Source: an uncultured cyanobacterium (GTDB lineage Bacteria > Cyanobacteriota > Cyanobacteriia > PCC-9006 > JAAUQQ01). Taken from it: DNA of 64,000 nt. Positions within the stretch are counted from its first letter, which is position 1; each line of letters starts with the position of its first letter. The position numbers and the translations under genes were made by a program. Under the pieces are notes generated by a model. That model searched no databases. It was not told the DNA's origin and saw only the letters and a program-made list of their open reading frames with translations. The stretch is from NCBI GenBank assembly GCA_963718615.1, contig OY970368.1, forward strand, positions 3,904,001 through 3,968,000. Reading direction: 5' to 3'. This document shows, piece after piece, positions 18,476 to 28,956 of the stretch.

Positions 18476-19171
18476 TCATCGCCCAACCTGATACTGCAAA
18501 AATAGCTCATCTCCAAGGGCCTCCACGGAATGCAGCGCGAGTCGTGGCGCTGTCTCTGGGGTAAAACCCAAGCCATCCACAGGGGTTGGAGCCGTAGCTC
18601 CGCCCAAAATCAATGGACAAACGGTCAGGTTTAACCACTGTACAAGACCCGCTTCAAAGAGGGCCGCCACCAGCGAGCCTCCCCCTAAAACAGCCACGCG
18701 GGCAAATCCAGCCGCCGCCAACCGTTGCCAAATTGCCGCCCAGTCCCAGGTCCCGGATCGCTCCGGTGCAATCCAAATCTGCTCAAAGGCGGATGCCTCA
18801 GAAGCCCCATCCACCCACCCCTGCGCCCCTGTTTTCGTCGTGAGCAACCACCGGGGCACGGGCTGCCGAAAAAACCGCGAGGCTGGGTCCAACTGCCCCG
18901 ATCGCGAACAAACCATTTGGACCGGCTGCGGGCATTGGCCTCGGGATTGGCGCTGAGCCAAAAGTGCGGGCGATCGCACCGACATCGTCGTGCCATAGGC
19001 CCGCAACGTTCCAGCCCCAAAAACCACCACATCGGCCTCGGCAACCTGCCGTTCTAATTGAGCTTGGTCCATCGGGGAGCCAAAACGAGCGGGCGATCGC
19101 GCCTGATCGGCAATCTTGCCATCCGCACTCATCGCCAAAATCACCGTGGTTTGAATCGAGCACATGGTCAT
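18476..19171 (-). CDS. RibD C-terminal (pyrimidine reductase-like) domain protein
   Basis: AMSADGKIA, GAGTLR, LGGGSL and PLILGG motifs. Confidence 0.88.
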   Translation of the reverse strand: MTMCSIQTTVILAMSADGKIADQARSPARFGSPMDQAQLERQVAEADVVVFGAGTLRAYGTTMSVRSPALLAQRQSRGQCPQPVQMVCSRSGQLDPASRFFRQPVPRWLLTTKTGAQGWVDGASEASAFEQIWIAPERSGTWDWAAIWQRLAAAGFARVAVLGGGSLVAALFEAGLVQWLNLTVCPLILGGATAPTPVDGLGFTPETAPRLALHSVEALGDELFLQYQVGR

Positions 19172-19659
19172 CCGGAAATTGTCAGCATTTATACAGAGTA
19201 ATTACAAAGAATTTAAAATCATCAAAAGTGCTTGCAGTAGCTTTACGGAACTCGACTTTCTGCCGTATTTTACAAAGGAGTTATCACAATGGGTCGGTAA
19301 AATTTATGCCTTTTTCAAAGTAATTTAGCCCCCTAACCTTGTCGGCCCTTAGCCACCGCCCATTCAGACTAGGCATCTGCCAATCTATGCTGAGCGCGAT
19401 AGAAAACTATGGAAAACCGAACCGCTATTCATTTGAGCTGGAGCTCCTCTAGTCTCAAAAGACAAGGATTATTAGTTCACTGGGGATACAAATCGATCCT
19501 GCAAATGGCTTAATTTGTTTTTATTTTCTCAGAGATAAATAATTTTGGTTGTTTGGACTGTTTATGATCCGATAGGGAGATGACTGAGACCGATTCGTTG
19601 GTGAGTCAGCCTTTGATTGCTTCCCGCTGCTTCAGCCTCCGCAGCTTTCCTGCCTGGCA

Positions 19660-21084
19660 TTGCCTCTCGCTGCACCCAGCTCTCTGCGCTGCCAAATTTT
19701 TGCACGTTTGCGTATGCCACCTTCTTCCTTCCGTAGCATCCTCTGCTCTCGTATTTTGCTCTTGCTGCTTCCTGTCCTGGGGTTGAGTGGCTGGATGGCC
19801 TATGCGAAAGTGCGTTTCGTTTTAGGAAATACCACCCTTGCTCCGGCGTCCTCTTCAGCCCCCCCTGCGATCGGCTCAACCACAATGCCGGTAATCACAC
19901 CTTCGTCCCATCGCGATCGCGATACTGCGCTCAGCGAGATTGCTTGGCTGTTGGGGGGGACCACCGCGTTTACGATGGCCACTGTGACAGCGTTGGCAAT
20001 TTATTTATCCAGAGAATTAGCCCATCCGGTCGAGACGTTGCGCAATCAAATGCGGGCGGTGCAGCGTCAGTTGGAGAATACGTCCCCTGATTTACAGGTG
20101 GAGCCCCTTCCCCTTCAATCCCTCAAGATCCGCGAGTTTCAGCAATTGGCAACCACCTTTAATCAGTTGGCCGAATGCTTAGAACAACGGACAACCGCCC
20201 TCGCCTTGGCCTCGCGGGAGGCCACGTCGGCTTGCCAGATGAAGAGTCAGTTTCTGGCGGCAACCTCTCATGAACTGCGCACACCGCTCAATGCGCTGAT
20301 CGGCCATATTCACCTCATCCAAGACGGCTGTTGCGACAATCGGGAAGAAGAGTTGGAATGCTTGGCCCAAGCCAACCAGGCAGCGCTGCATTTGCTGCAT
20401 GTTTTGAATGAGCTGCTGGATATTGCTCGCATTGAAGCGGGTGAGTTTGAACTCAATTGGGAGCGGCTGGATCTCCATGGCCCACTGCAAGAGGTGATCA
20501 AGCTCCAGCGACCCAGCCTAGAGCAAAAAGAGCTGGCTCTGGAACTGGGAGTGGTGTCCCAGCCAGTGTGGATTTGGGGCGATCGCGCCAAACTCAGACA
20601 GGTTCTGCTCAATATTCTCCAAAATGCGATTAAGTTTACGGATCGAGGGCGTATCACCATTACGCTTCAAGTCGCGATCCCCAGTGCAGCGTCTATGCCC
20701 GATTCACCAACCGAGGAGAGCTCCGCCGAGACTCCGCCTACTGGGGTGGCCATTTTGCGGATTACCGATACGGGCATTGGCGTTGATCCCAAACAGCAAA
20801 AAGCCCTGTTTCAGCCTTTTTCCCGCGTTAGCAATACCCCGACCCGGCAATTTGAGGGAACCGGGCTAGGGTTGGTGATTTCGCGATCGCTCCTGGAAGG
20901 CATGGGCGGCCAAATCCAGCTTTCGAGCCCAGGGCTCGGCCAAGGCACCCGCGTCGAGATCCGTCTTCCCATCCACACTCAACCCCCCGGCAATCGCAAC
21001 GCAGATCCTTCGACCTCAGATCCTTTAGCCTCAGATCCTTTAGCCTCAGATCCTGCGACCTCTCGGGATTTGACCATAGACTGA
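19660..21084 (+). CDS. Membrane sensor histidine kinase (HAMP-HisKA-HATPase); start may be 19714
   Basis: Two TM helices, FLAATSHELRTPL, NAIKFT, DTGIG and GTGLGL. Confidence 0.93.
   Translation: MPLAAPSSLRCQIFARLRMPPSSFRSILCSRILLLLLPVLGLSGWMAYAKVRFVLGNTTLAPASSSAPPAIGSTTMPVITPSSHRDRDTALSEIAWLLGGTTAFTMATVTALAIYLSRELAHPVETLRNQMRAVQRQLENTSPDLQVEPLPLQSLKIREFQQLATTFNQLAECLEQRTTALALASREATSACQMKSQFLAATSHELRTPLNALIGHIHLIQDGCCDNREEELECLAQANQAALHLLHVLNELLDIARIEAGEFELNWERLDLHGPLQEVIKLQRPSLEQKELALELGVVSQPVWIWGDRAKLRQVLLNILQNAIKFTDRGRITITLQVAIPSAASMPDSPTEESSAETPPTGVAILRITDTGIGVDPKQQKALFQPFSRVSNTPTRQFEGTGLGLVISRSLLEGMGGQIQLSSPGLGQGTRVEIRLPIHTQPPGNRNADPSTSDPLASDPLASDPATSRDLTID
21001..21060 (+). repeat. 4 x 15-bp in-frame tandem repeat (SDPLA)
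   Basis: Consensus TCAGATCCTTTAGCC in the kinase C-terminal tail. Confidence 0.85.
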
Positions 21085-21087
21085 CAG

Positions 21088-22110
21088 CTACAGCCCCACG
21101 GGATGGCCCGCAACCATGGACTGGCTCAAGGCCGTGAGCACCTCAACCAACTGAGCTCCAACCCAGCCGGAGGAGCGCTCAGACCCTTGCTGGGCAATCA
21201 CGCAGTCTAGGAAATGGGCACAGACCCGCTGGAGGGGTTCGCCCGCCGGAATCGAAATCACTTCTTGGGCCAAACCGCCGGGGTTATACCCCCCGTTCTC
21301 TTCATCCAGATGGCCCTGCAGCAAAACCAGGGGATTAGGGGCGAGTTCGTCAAAAATTAGCGTTCCGCGATCGCCCACCAAGCCAATCCGCCGCTGCTTA
21401 TCAGGGTTCAGCCAAGAGAAATGCATTTGCACCGGCACCCCGCCAGGATAGGCCAACTGCGCCCAAACCGTATCCGCAAGCCCCCGAGGCGACAGGGGCG
21501 TTTGCAAGTGGGGCTGGAGCCAGGTGCTTCCCTGAGCCTGAACCTGGACGGGTCGTTCTCCGAGCCAGTGGTTAAAAATTGCAATGTCGTGAATCGCTAA
21601 ATCCCAAAGGGCATCAACATCCTGGCGAACCGGACAAAGATGGGTCCGGCTGGCATAGCCATAGCGCAGCTCTCCTAGGGCTCCCGACTGAATCACCCCT
21701 CGGGCTGCCTCCACCGCTGGGTTAAATAAATAGGTGTGGTCCACCACCAGGACACAGCCCTGGGTTTGAGCTTGGTGGCAGAGACCATAGGATTCCTCAG
21801 GAGTGAGGGTTAGCGGTTTCTCCACCAAGACCGACAACCCCCGCTGGAACGCCGCTGAAACCACGGGATAATGGGTCACTGCAGGCGTCGCTACCACCAG
21901 GGCATCAAGACCGGGCAACCGCAGGAGTTCCTGCCAATCGGAGGTTAATTGGACATCAGTGGGCAGCGTCATGTGCTGTTGAACCCGTTCCAGCATCGCC
22001 ACCGAGGGATCGGCGATCGCCCGTACCTGGGCACGGGGATCCGCTAAAAATTTACGAATCAAATGACTTCCCCAGCGGCCCGCCCCTAAAATACCAATGC
22101 CGATCGCCAT
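21088..22110 (-). CDS. Gfo/Idh/MocA-family oxidoreductase
   Basis: GILGAGRWG, VEKP and DLAIHD motifs. Confidence 0.92.
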   Translation of the reverse strand: MAIGIGILGAGRWGSHLIRKFLADPRAQVRAIADPSVAMLERVQQHMTLPTDVQLTSDWQELLRLPGLDALVVATPAVTHYPVVSAAFQRGLSVLVEKPLTLTPEESYGLCHQAQTQGCVLVVDHTYLFNPAVEAARGVIQSGALGELRYGYASRTHLCPVRQDVDALWDLAIHDIAIFNHWLGERPVQVQAQGSTWLQPHLQTPLSPRGLADTVWAQLAYPGGVPVQMHFSWLNPDKQRRIGLVGDRGTLIFDELAPNPLVLLQGHLDEENGGYNPGGLAQEVISIPAGEPLQRVCAHFLDCVIAQQGSERSSGWVGAQLVEVLTALSQSMVAGHPVGL

Positions 22111-22169
22111 AGGTTCCCATTCCCTCCATTCAAAGTTTTAGAGGACTAGGGCCTTAGAGATCCAGGGCT

Positions 22170-22871
22170 TTAGAGATCCAGGGATTCATAGGCCGCCTGG
22201 GCCGCAGCCTGCTGAGCCGCTTTAATCGAACGTCCCTTACCAGACCCCAAGCACTGGCCCCGCAGCCAAACCTCTGACCTAAAGCGTTCCCCATCGTCAT
22301 GGATCAGGCTCGATTCCTCCGTACGATATTCCGGGAGTTCCTTGTATTGCCCCTGGCTCCACTCTTGCAGCGCCGCTTTGTAGTTTTGTCGGGCAGGATC
22401 TCGGCGAATTTCCTCAGACAAAGGTTTTAGGTGGGTATCGAGCCAGGGGGAAACGTAGCGAAGATCCTGACTGCTCAGAAACAAAGCCCCCATGACCGCT
22501 TCCAGAGCGTCTGCCAAACGGCTGGTGGTGCCCGCGCGATCGCTCGCCGCACTGGGGGCCATGAGTAGATATCGCTCTAGGCTGTAGGTTTTGGCAATTT
22601 GGGCCAGGATGCGATCGCTCACCAAAATCGACCGTAACGCCGCCAGTTCGCCCACCGCTGCCGAGCCATAGGTCGTCGTCAAATATTGGGCGCAGGCCAA
22701 CCGCACTACCGCATCCCCCACAAACTCCAGATGCTCATAGTTTGACGTCTGGGAAGCCGTTGGATGGGTCAGCGCCTGATCCAGCAATCCCCACTGCACG
22801 TCCTGCGGATCCGAAAGACCCAGCTTTTGAAGAAGACCTTGCAGTTGTTTTTGCCGTCGAGGGTCAATCAC
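22170..22871 (-). CDS. rnc: Ribonuclease III
   Basis: EHLEFVGDAVV signature, LADALEA and a C-terminal dsRBD (NYKAALQEW...GKGRSIKAAQQAAA). Confidence 0.95.
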   Translation of the reverse strand: MIDPRRQKQLQGLLQKLGLSDPQDVQWGLLDQALTHPTASQTSNYEHLEFVGDAVVRLACAQYLTTTYGSAAVGELAALRSILVSDRILAQIAKTYSLERYLLMAPSAASDRAGTTSRLADALEAVMGALFLSSQDLRYVSPWLDTHLKPLSEEIRRDPARQNYKAALQEWSQGQYKELPEYRTEESSLIHDDGERFRSEVWLRGQCLGSGKGRSIKAAQQAAAQAAYESLDL

Positions 22872-22959
22872 GTCACGCCAACTCCATGAAAACCCCTGTC
22901 ATCATACCGGGGTAGCTGGCGAGGAATCAAAAGGTCATATCAGGGTCATACCAGGGTCA

Positions 22960-23526
22960 TTACAGGGCAATGAGCGACGACCGGCTGCCCTGGAAGAAAT
23001 GAGGAATCACCTTCGGGGTCAGCGGCAGTGGCTGGGGCTCCGGAGCCGCCAGATGGGCAAATTGGACATAGCTCCAATATTCGCTGCCTTGAATTTCTTC
23101 AGGAATTTGAATCCCGAGAGCGTCGTAGTGCTGACGATGGACCACTGCCATGGTTTGGGGAAATACCCCCACCAGCTTGGCCAAGACCTCTAGGGGCAAG
23201 GATGCCACCGCCTTGGGCTCAAAAAAGGCATCAAAGCTCGACAACAAAGCTTCGGCGCGCCCAGTCGGTCGGGCTTTCTCCGTCACCTTCTTGAGCCAAT
23301 ACATCCACTGGATCCGCCGCCGATAGGCGGCTTGCTGATCTTCAGCAGACTCTAACGTCACCAGTTCCCACTTGTTGCCAATGGCGATCGCCTGTTGACA
23401 ATCAAAATCGCAGGGCCGCCCAACCGCCGCACCGGGACCTGCAAACTCAGCATGGTAAGTCTTGCAGAGAATTAGGCCATTGCGGCGCTGGGCACTCAGG
23501 GCTGTAAAGGGGGATTCTTGGTACAC
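22960..23526 (-). CDS. Cyanobacterial hypothetical protein (possibly Crp-like HTH)
   Basis: 188-aa ORF with NGLIL...AEFAGPGAAVG and LAKLVGVFP, which I recall from cyanobacterial hypothetical proteins. Confidence 0.65.
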   Translation of the reverse strand: MYQESPFTALSAQRRNGLILCKTYHAEFAGPGAAVGRPCDFDCQQAIAIGNKWELVTLESAEDQQAAYRRRIQWMYWLKKVTEKARPTGRAEALLSSFDAFFEPKAVASLPLEVLAKLVGVFPQTMAVVHRQHYDALGIQIPEEIQGSEYWSYVQFAHLAAPEPQPLPLTPKVIPHFFQGSRSSLIAL

Positions 23527-23926
23527 AGTTCTTTATATGGCTATCGTCAGAACTCACGAATCGAGAAACGCATTGCTCCGACGCCCCTGATGCAAGAAGG
23601 ATCTGAACTCCTAACTACTAAAACAGGGCAACCTGCTTTTAAAAGGGATCAGGACCCAGTCTTCGCGGAATCTACACGATTAATCCTGGCTATCTGAAAA
23701 AACGATAAACCGCTAATCGCATTGTTCCCGAGTTTTCTACGCATCCATCACCCCTCCATGGTAACCGTACACTGTGTTTCTCTTGTTACAAGTACGGTCT
23801 ATTGGTGGCCTATTCTAGAATGCGATCGCAGGGCTGGCGAAGGTCTTTGGCCCCTGAGGAGAGCGAACCCGCACCACCCCCTCATCTAGAGCCGGATGGG
23901 TAATGATTCAAACTAAATAATGGAAT

Positions 23927-24314
23927 GGAAAAGTCGGACATAAGCCGGGTTCTGTTCCCCGCTTTCCGAAGAAAACGGAGGGCAGTTATCTATCTGGGAC
24001 AGCGGTTACCCGACGCCTCAAGCGGTGCTCTCATGACGGAACAGGCAAAAGACCAACCCTTGTTCCAACGACCTTGCTCCCAACCGGGGTTTACCGAGCC
24101 AGCACCTCTCAATGCTGCTGGTGCGCTCTTACCGCACCTTTGCACCCTTACCTGTGAAGTCTAGACTTCCATCGGCGGTATGTTTCTGTGGCACTCTCCT
24201 CACGGTCACCCGCACTGGGCGTTACCCAGCAAGTTTGGTCTTTCGGGAGCCCGGACTTTCCTCAGACTGGGTCAGCGATGCCGCCCAGCCCGCAACTGCC
24301 TCGCCAACTTTTCC
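23927..24314 (-). ncRNA. rnpB: RNase P RNA
   Basis: The minus strand carries GAGGAAAGTCCGGGCTC, AGTGCCACAGAAA, GGTAAACCCCG and ACAGAACCCGGCTTAT. The P1 helix pairs GAAAAGTTGG with CCGACTTTTC. Confidence 0.97.
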
Positions 24315-24510
24315 TCTTCTCAGTGTACTAAAGCGTCTCGCGGAAACCCGACAGTCCCTAGGAAGTTTTTGAACATCACTGCTTTATCCTCAGCTCCTGC
24401 CCTAAGTGTTTGTACGGTTTTTATATCCTCAAGGAAAATAGGAAGATCCGGAAAACTTTATAAATTTCCCCCAATCTTCCGAAGTTTTACGGATGCCATC
24501 TAGATATGAC

Positions 24511-26742
24511 TTATTTAGTACGGTCTTGGCGTTGCAAGGCCCGAACCAGCTTGATTTCGTCATAGCTATAGCGTTTTCCCAGGTGTTCCCAGAGATTTCC
24601 TAGGGAAGCCAGACCGACGGTTTCGATCGCCTGATTAATCTCCGCCTGGGCTTCGGGCTTCACCAAGCCTTCAAGATTGGCAATGCGCCGATTTTCGATC
24701 AGCAACGCTAGGTGATTGGCCACGGTTTCGGGTCTAATTTCCCGATGGGCTGCAATTTCGGCGGGGCTATAGCCTTCCTGGAAGAGCGCAAGGGTTTGGA
24801 GGTGAGTGTGGGTCACATGGGCGCGCCGGATTTCTACGGCTGGGCCAGCGTCCAGCGTGGGCGGTGTGGGATCCAGGCCCATATCCCGGCAATACTGGCG
24901 GATTTCAGCGATGAAGCGATCGCCATACTGCTCCAACTTATGACTCCCCACCCCTGAAATTCGGCCAAAGGCATTGAGGGTTTGGGGCCGCTGCTGGGCC
25001 ATGAGGCGCAGGCTAGAATCCGAGAAAACCACATAGGGGGCCACATTTTGTTCGTTGGCAATTTGTTTGCGCAGCTTTCGTAACCGTTCAAACAATTGTT
25101 CGATTTCGATCTGAGTACTGCTGACGGTGGGTCCATCGGCACTGTCGAGGTGATTGGGAATCGCAACTTGGACAGACCGCTGTTTGCGCAGGACTTCCCA
25201 ACTGCCTTCGTTGAGTTTGAGGACCGGATAGCCGTCTTGGGTTTCGCTGAGGAGGTTTTGGTGGAGGAGCGATCGCCCCAGCAACCGCCACTGGTCTACG
25301 GTCCTGTCCTTGCCAATCCCGTGGGTGGAAAGCTGGTCATGGCCGAGTTCTTTGATGCGCTGCTTTTTGGAGCCCCGCAAAACGTCGATAATATGGGCCA
25401 TGCCAAATCGCTCTTTGCAGCGGGCCACACAGGAAAGGAATTTCTGGGCCTCGATAGTCCAGTCTTCCATCGGCGGTGGATTGACGCAGTTGTCGCACTG
25501 ACCGCAGTTCACCGTAAAGCGTTCGCCAAAATAGCCGAGCTGAATCGTGCGGCGGCAGCTAGAACTTTCGGCGTAGTCTACGACCTGGCGGAGCTGCTGG
25601 CGGGCGATGCGCTGTTCATGCTCCAAAGGATCACCGGTTTGCGGATCAACCTTTTGGTCAATAATCCATTCAATTCGTTTGATGTCGCCGGGATTAAAAA
25701 ACAGCGTGCAGCGAGCTGGGTCATTATCCCGTCCGGCACGGCCTGATTCTTGGTAATAGCCTTCGATATTGCGAGGCAAATCATAGTGAATCACAAACCG
25801 GACGTCGGGCTTATTGATCCCCATGCCAAAGGCCACGGTGGCGACCATCACCTGCACATCGTCGCGGATAAATCGCCGCTGGTTTTCGGTGCGGACAGTA
25901 TCGCTCAATCCCGCATGGTAGGGCAGGGCAGAGATACCGCTTTGCTGTAGGCGATCGGCGGTTTCTTCAACCCGCTTGCGACTGAGGCAATAAACAATCC
26001 CCGACCCACCGTCCTGCTGGCGAATCAACCGGAGGACATCGGCAAAGGCGTTCTGGGCCTTGGGCAGAACTTCATAGTAGAGATTGGTGCGGTTGAAGCT
26101 GGCAACATGGACAAACGGGTCCCGGAGCTGGAGTTGCTGACAGATATCTTCCCGGACGCGCTCGGTGGCGGTGGCGGTGAGGGCAAGACAGGGCACATAG
26201 GGGTAGCGTTGGCGTAGCTGGGCCAGTTGGCGATACTCGGGTCGGAAGTCGTGGCCCCATTCGGAAAGACAGTGGGCTTCGTCGATGGCGAAGGCGGAGA
26301 GGCCGATGCTGTCGTGAATTTCATCGAGGAAGGGAAGGAAGTTTTGATTGAGCAAGCGCTCAGGGGCAACGTAGAGCAGTTTGATTTTGCCGTCGCGCAG
26401 ATCGTTTTGGCGCGATCGCGCCTCCTCTCCACTCAAGCTGCTATTCAAAAACGTCGCCGCAATCCCATTGCGCTGTAGCTGCTCCACCTGGTCCTGCATC
26501 AGGGCGATTAGCGGCGACACCACCACCATCAGCCCCGATTTGAGCAGCGCGGGTAGCTGAAAACATAGGGATTTACCGCCCCCCGTGGGCATGATCACCA
26601 GGGAATCCTGATTGTTCAGCGCCGCTTCAATAATTTGCTGTTGTCCCGGTCGAAACTGCTCGTAGCCATAAAAATGCTTCAGAGCATGCTCAAGGGTGGG
26701 AAAGGCAAGGGGAAGCGATGCGGGCATCTGAGCAGTAAACAT
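24511..26742 (-). CDS. recQ: DNA helicase RecQ
   Basis: PTGGGKS, DEAH, QESGRAGRD, the Zn-binding RQC region and the HRDC domain. Confidence 0.97.
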   Translation of the reverse strand: MFTAQMPASLPLAFPTLEHALKHFYGYEQFRPGQQQIIEAALNNQDSLVIMPTGGGKSLCFQLPALLKSGLMVVVSPLIALMQDQVEQLQRNGIAATFLNSSLSGEEARSRQNDLRDGKIKLLYVAPERLLNQNFLPFLDEIHDSIGLSAFAIDEAHCLSEWGHDFRPEYRQLAQLRQRYPYVPCLALTATATERVREDICQQLQLRDPFVHVASFNRTNLYYEVLPKAQNAFADVLRLIRQQDGGSGIVYCLSRKRVEETADRLQQSGISALPYHAGLSDTVRTENQRRFIRDDVQVMVATVAFGMGINKPDVRFVIHYDLPRNIEGYYQESGRAGRDNDPARCTLFFNPGDIKRIEWIIDQKVDPQTGDPLEHEQRIARQQLRQVVDYAESSSCRRTIQLGYFGERFTVNCGQCDNCVNPPPMEDWTIEAQKFLSCVARCKERFGMAHIIDVLRGSKKQRIKELGHDQLSTHGIGKDRTVDQWRLLGRSLLHQNLLSETQDGYPVLKLNEGSWEVLRKQRSVQVAIPNHLDSADGPTVSSTQIEIEQLFERLRKLRKQIANEQNVAPYVVFSDSSLRLMAQQRPQTLNAFGRISGVGSHKLEQYGDRFIAEIRQYCRDMGLDPTPPTLDAGPAVEIRRAHVTHTHLQTLALFQEGYSPAEIAAHREIRPETVANHLALLIENRRIANLEGLVKPEAQAEINQAIETVGLASLGNLWEHLGKRYSYDEIKLVRALQRQDRTK

Positions 26743-26848
26743 AGGGAACGAAGAACCTCTCTGAATTTATCATTTAGTAGAGGAACCGCTGCTCTACTTT
26801 AGTAAGCCCATACCAGTCTTTGCAGCGACCATCAAGTCTCACTTTTTT

Positions 26849-27931
26849 TTGGAGAATGCCTTGACTACGATGCGCTCTGGCGATCGCCCAAATCCCCCCC
26901 CCCTTCCTCACCCCCATCTCCAATCTCCCCTGACCATCGGCAACGTCCAGGTCCAGAGTCGTGTCCTTCAGTCCCCCCTCTCCGGCGTCACTGACCTGGT
27001 TTTTCGTCGTCTGGTGCGTCGCTATGCCCCCGACTCCATGACCTACACCGAAATGGTCCATGCCTCGGGCATCTGCTCAGCCCGCAAGCTGGACAAGGTC
27101 ATGGATATCGACCCCGACGAACAGCCCATCAGCATTCAGCTCTTCGATTGCCGCCCGGACTTCATGGCCGAAGCCGCCGAAAAAGCCGTTGCGGAGGGAG
27201 CACTCACCATCGACCTCAACATGGGCTGTCCCGTCAATAAAATTACCCGTAAGGGCGGGGGCTCCTCGCTGTTGCGGCAGCCTGAGGTGGCTGAAGCCAT
27301 TGTTCGAGCGGTGGTCCAAGCGGTTGCTGTGCCCGTCACCGTCAAAACCCGCATCGGCTGGGATGATGACGAAATCAATATTGTCGACTTTGCCCAACGC
27401 CTAGAAGCCGCCGGAGCCCAGATGCTGACAATCCACGCCCGTACCCGTGCTCAGGGGTATACCGGTTCGGCGCGGTGGGAATGGATCAAGACCGTTAAGG
27501 AAACCGTTGGGATTCCGGTGATTGCCAATGGGGATATTGATTCTGTGGAGGCGGCGATCGCCTGTCTCCACCAAACCCAAGCCGACGGGGTCATGTGCTC
27601 CCGCGCCACCCTCGGCAACCCCTTCCTAGTGGGAGACATCGACCACGCCCTCAAAACGGGCCACAAACGGCCTGCCCCGACCCTGGCGGAACAATTGGAC
27701 TGTGCGGAAGAACACTTGCGATCGCTCTGGGCCTACAAAGGTCAGCGAGGACTCTTCCAAGCCCGCAAACACATGACCTGGTATGTCAAAGGCTTTAGCG
27801 GCTCAGGGGATTTGCGCCAAAAGCTCTCTCGCATGGACTCCCTCGACGAGGGCCTAATACTCCTAGAACAGGCAAAAGTCACGGCACAAGCATCAAACCA
27901 TAGCGTTTTGCAAGGGAACGCAAAGAATTGA
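26849..27931 (+). CDS. dusB: tRNA-dihydrouridine synthase B
   Basis: DLNMGCP, VTVKTRIGW, HARTR and ANGDI motifs. Confidence 0.94.
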   Translation: MENALTTMRSGDRPNPPPLPHPHLQSPLTIGNVQVQSRVLQSPLSGVTDLVFRRLVRRYAPDSMTYTEMVHASGICSARKLDKVMDIDPDEQPISIQLFDCRPDFMAEAAEKAVAEGALTIDLNMGCPVNKITRKGGGSSLLRQPEVAEAIVRAVVQAVAVPVTVKTRIGWDDDEINIVDFAQRLEAAGAQMLTIHARTRAQGYTGSARWEWIKTVKETVGIPVIANGDIDSVEAAIACLHQTQADGVMCSRATLGNPFLVGDIDHALKTGHKRPAPTLAEQLDCAEEHLRSLWAYKGQRGLFQARKHMTWYVKGFSGSGDLRQKLSRMDSLDEGLILLEQAKVTAQASNHSVLQGNAKN

Positions 27932-28072
27932 TGACTTTAATAGAATTTATCTTGCCTTATATGAAAGATTATTGCGAAGAAAACAATTATGTCGCGTTTT
28001 TCGTTGCTTTCCAGTGGGAATTCGCTATGGTAGTGCGTAGGCAGAAATCTAAAGAAAAAATTAAGGTCAACC

Positions 28073-28294
28073 ATGAACCCTTCCATCCTTCGTCAGTTTT
28101 GGTCCCTCGTTGAAAGTTCACAAGCCACCCTGCTGCTCCAACTCGACGATCTAAGCCTTTCCTCTTGGCTCCTAGATCAGCTCGCCACTGAAATGCCCCT
28201 AAACGGCAACGAAGAAATAGTTATCAATTGCTACATTCAAAACAAACTCACCCTCGTGCGTGATCTGGCTCAGGCTCGACTGGGCAGCTGCTAG
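28073..28294 (+). CDS. Small cyanobacterial hypothetical protein
   Basis: 73 aa, P.ILRQFWSLVE...LLLQLDD...YI..KL.LVRDLA pattern. Confidence 0.7.
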   Translation: MNPSILRQFWSLVESSQATLLLQLDDLSLSSWLLDQLATEMPLNGNEEIVINCYIQNKLTLVRDLAQARLGSC

Positions 28295-28610
28295 GTCGGG
28301 ATAGTGCTCTTAGCACCTCAGCTCGAAGACGGCATCACTGAAGGCTGCCCTGATTCGCAACCCACAAAGTTCAAGCATCTCTACATAGCCAGCCTGTCTC
28401 CATATCTGAATCTGACAAGACTACAATATCTGACAAGACTAACCTCTCAAACGTCTTCCTTGGGGAAATGGTGTTCAAACCATCAGCTCTCAACCCCTAA
28501 AGAGTTCCTATCAGTACGTTTCTTCTCCTCAGTTTTTCCCTTCGCTCTAGGCTAGATTTCTGCATCCCTGTCCTGTTAAAAACGGGGCTTTTTTTTATTC
28601 AATTCTTGGG

Positions 28611-28718
28611 CTAAATACCTTTGACTAGAATACTTTGACTAAAAATACTTTTACTAAATACTTTGACCAACAATTAATCAATCGTTATTCCTAGGGAAAT
28701 CATTGAGGGAAATCATTG
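28611..28718. repeat. Short direct repeats upstream of natF
   Basis: Four imperfect copies of AATACTTTGACT (28611-28668) and two copies of AGGGAAATCATTG (28693-28718). Confidence 0.75.
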
Positions 28719-28956
28719 AAGAATCAATCTAGCGTCATAACGACTATAAAGCCAGGCTGCTCATGGGTAAAACTCCTATCTTAATATTTTTTTATATTTT
28801 GTAGCTGCTGTAACAGTGAACCTCAAATGCCCATGGTTTCTTGCAGGAGGGAAGAAGGATCGAGCGGATTTCAAGCCGAGTTAAATCTTAATTAATCTTG
28901 ATTTCCTATGCAGAAAAGGCGTAGCATTCTTCCTGAATTGTCATAGCAAATAGAGT

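Noticed and set aside
23761-23800. NtcA-like box (23776-23789) within an ACCGTAC/GTACGGT inverted repeat
   Set aside because: It has one mismatch to consensus and no supporting promoter geometry, so it is too weak to call.
23925-24503. Three plus-strand ORFs
   Set aside because: They are antisense to rnpB and its promoter region.
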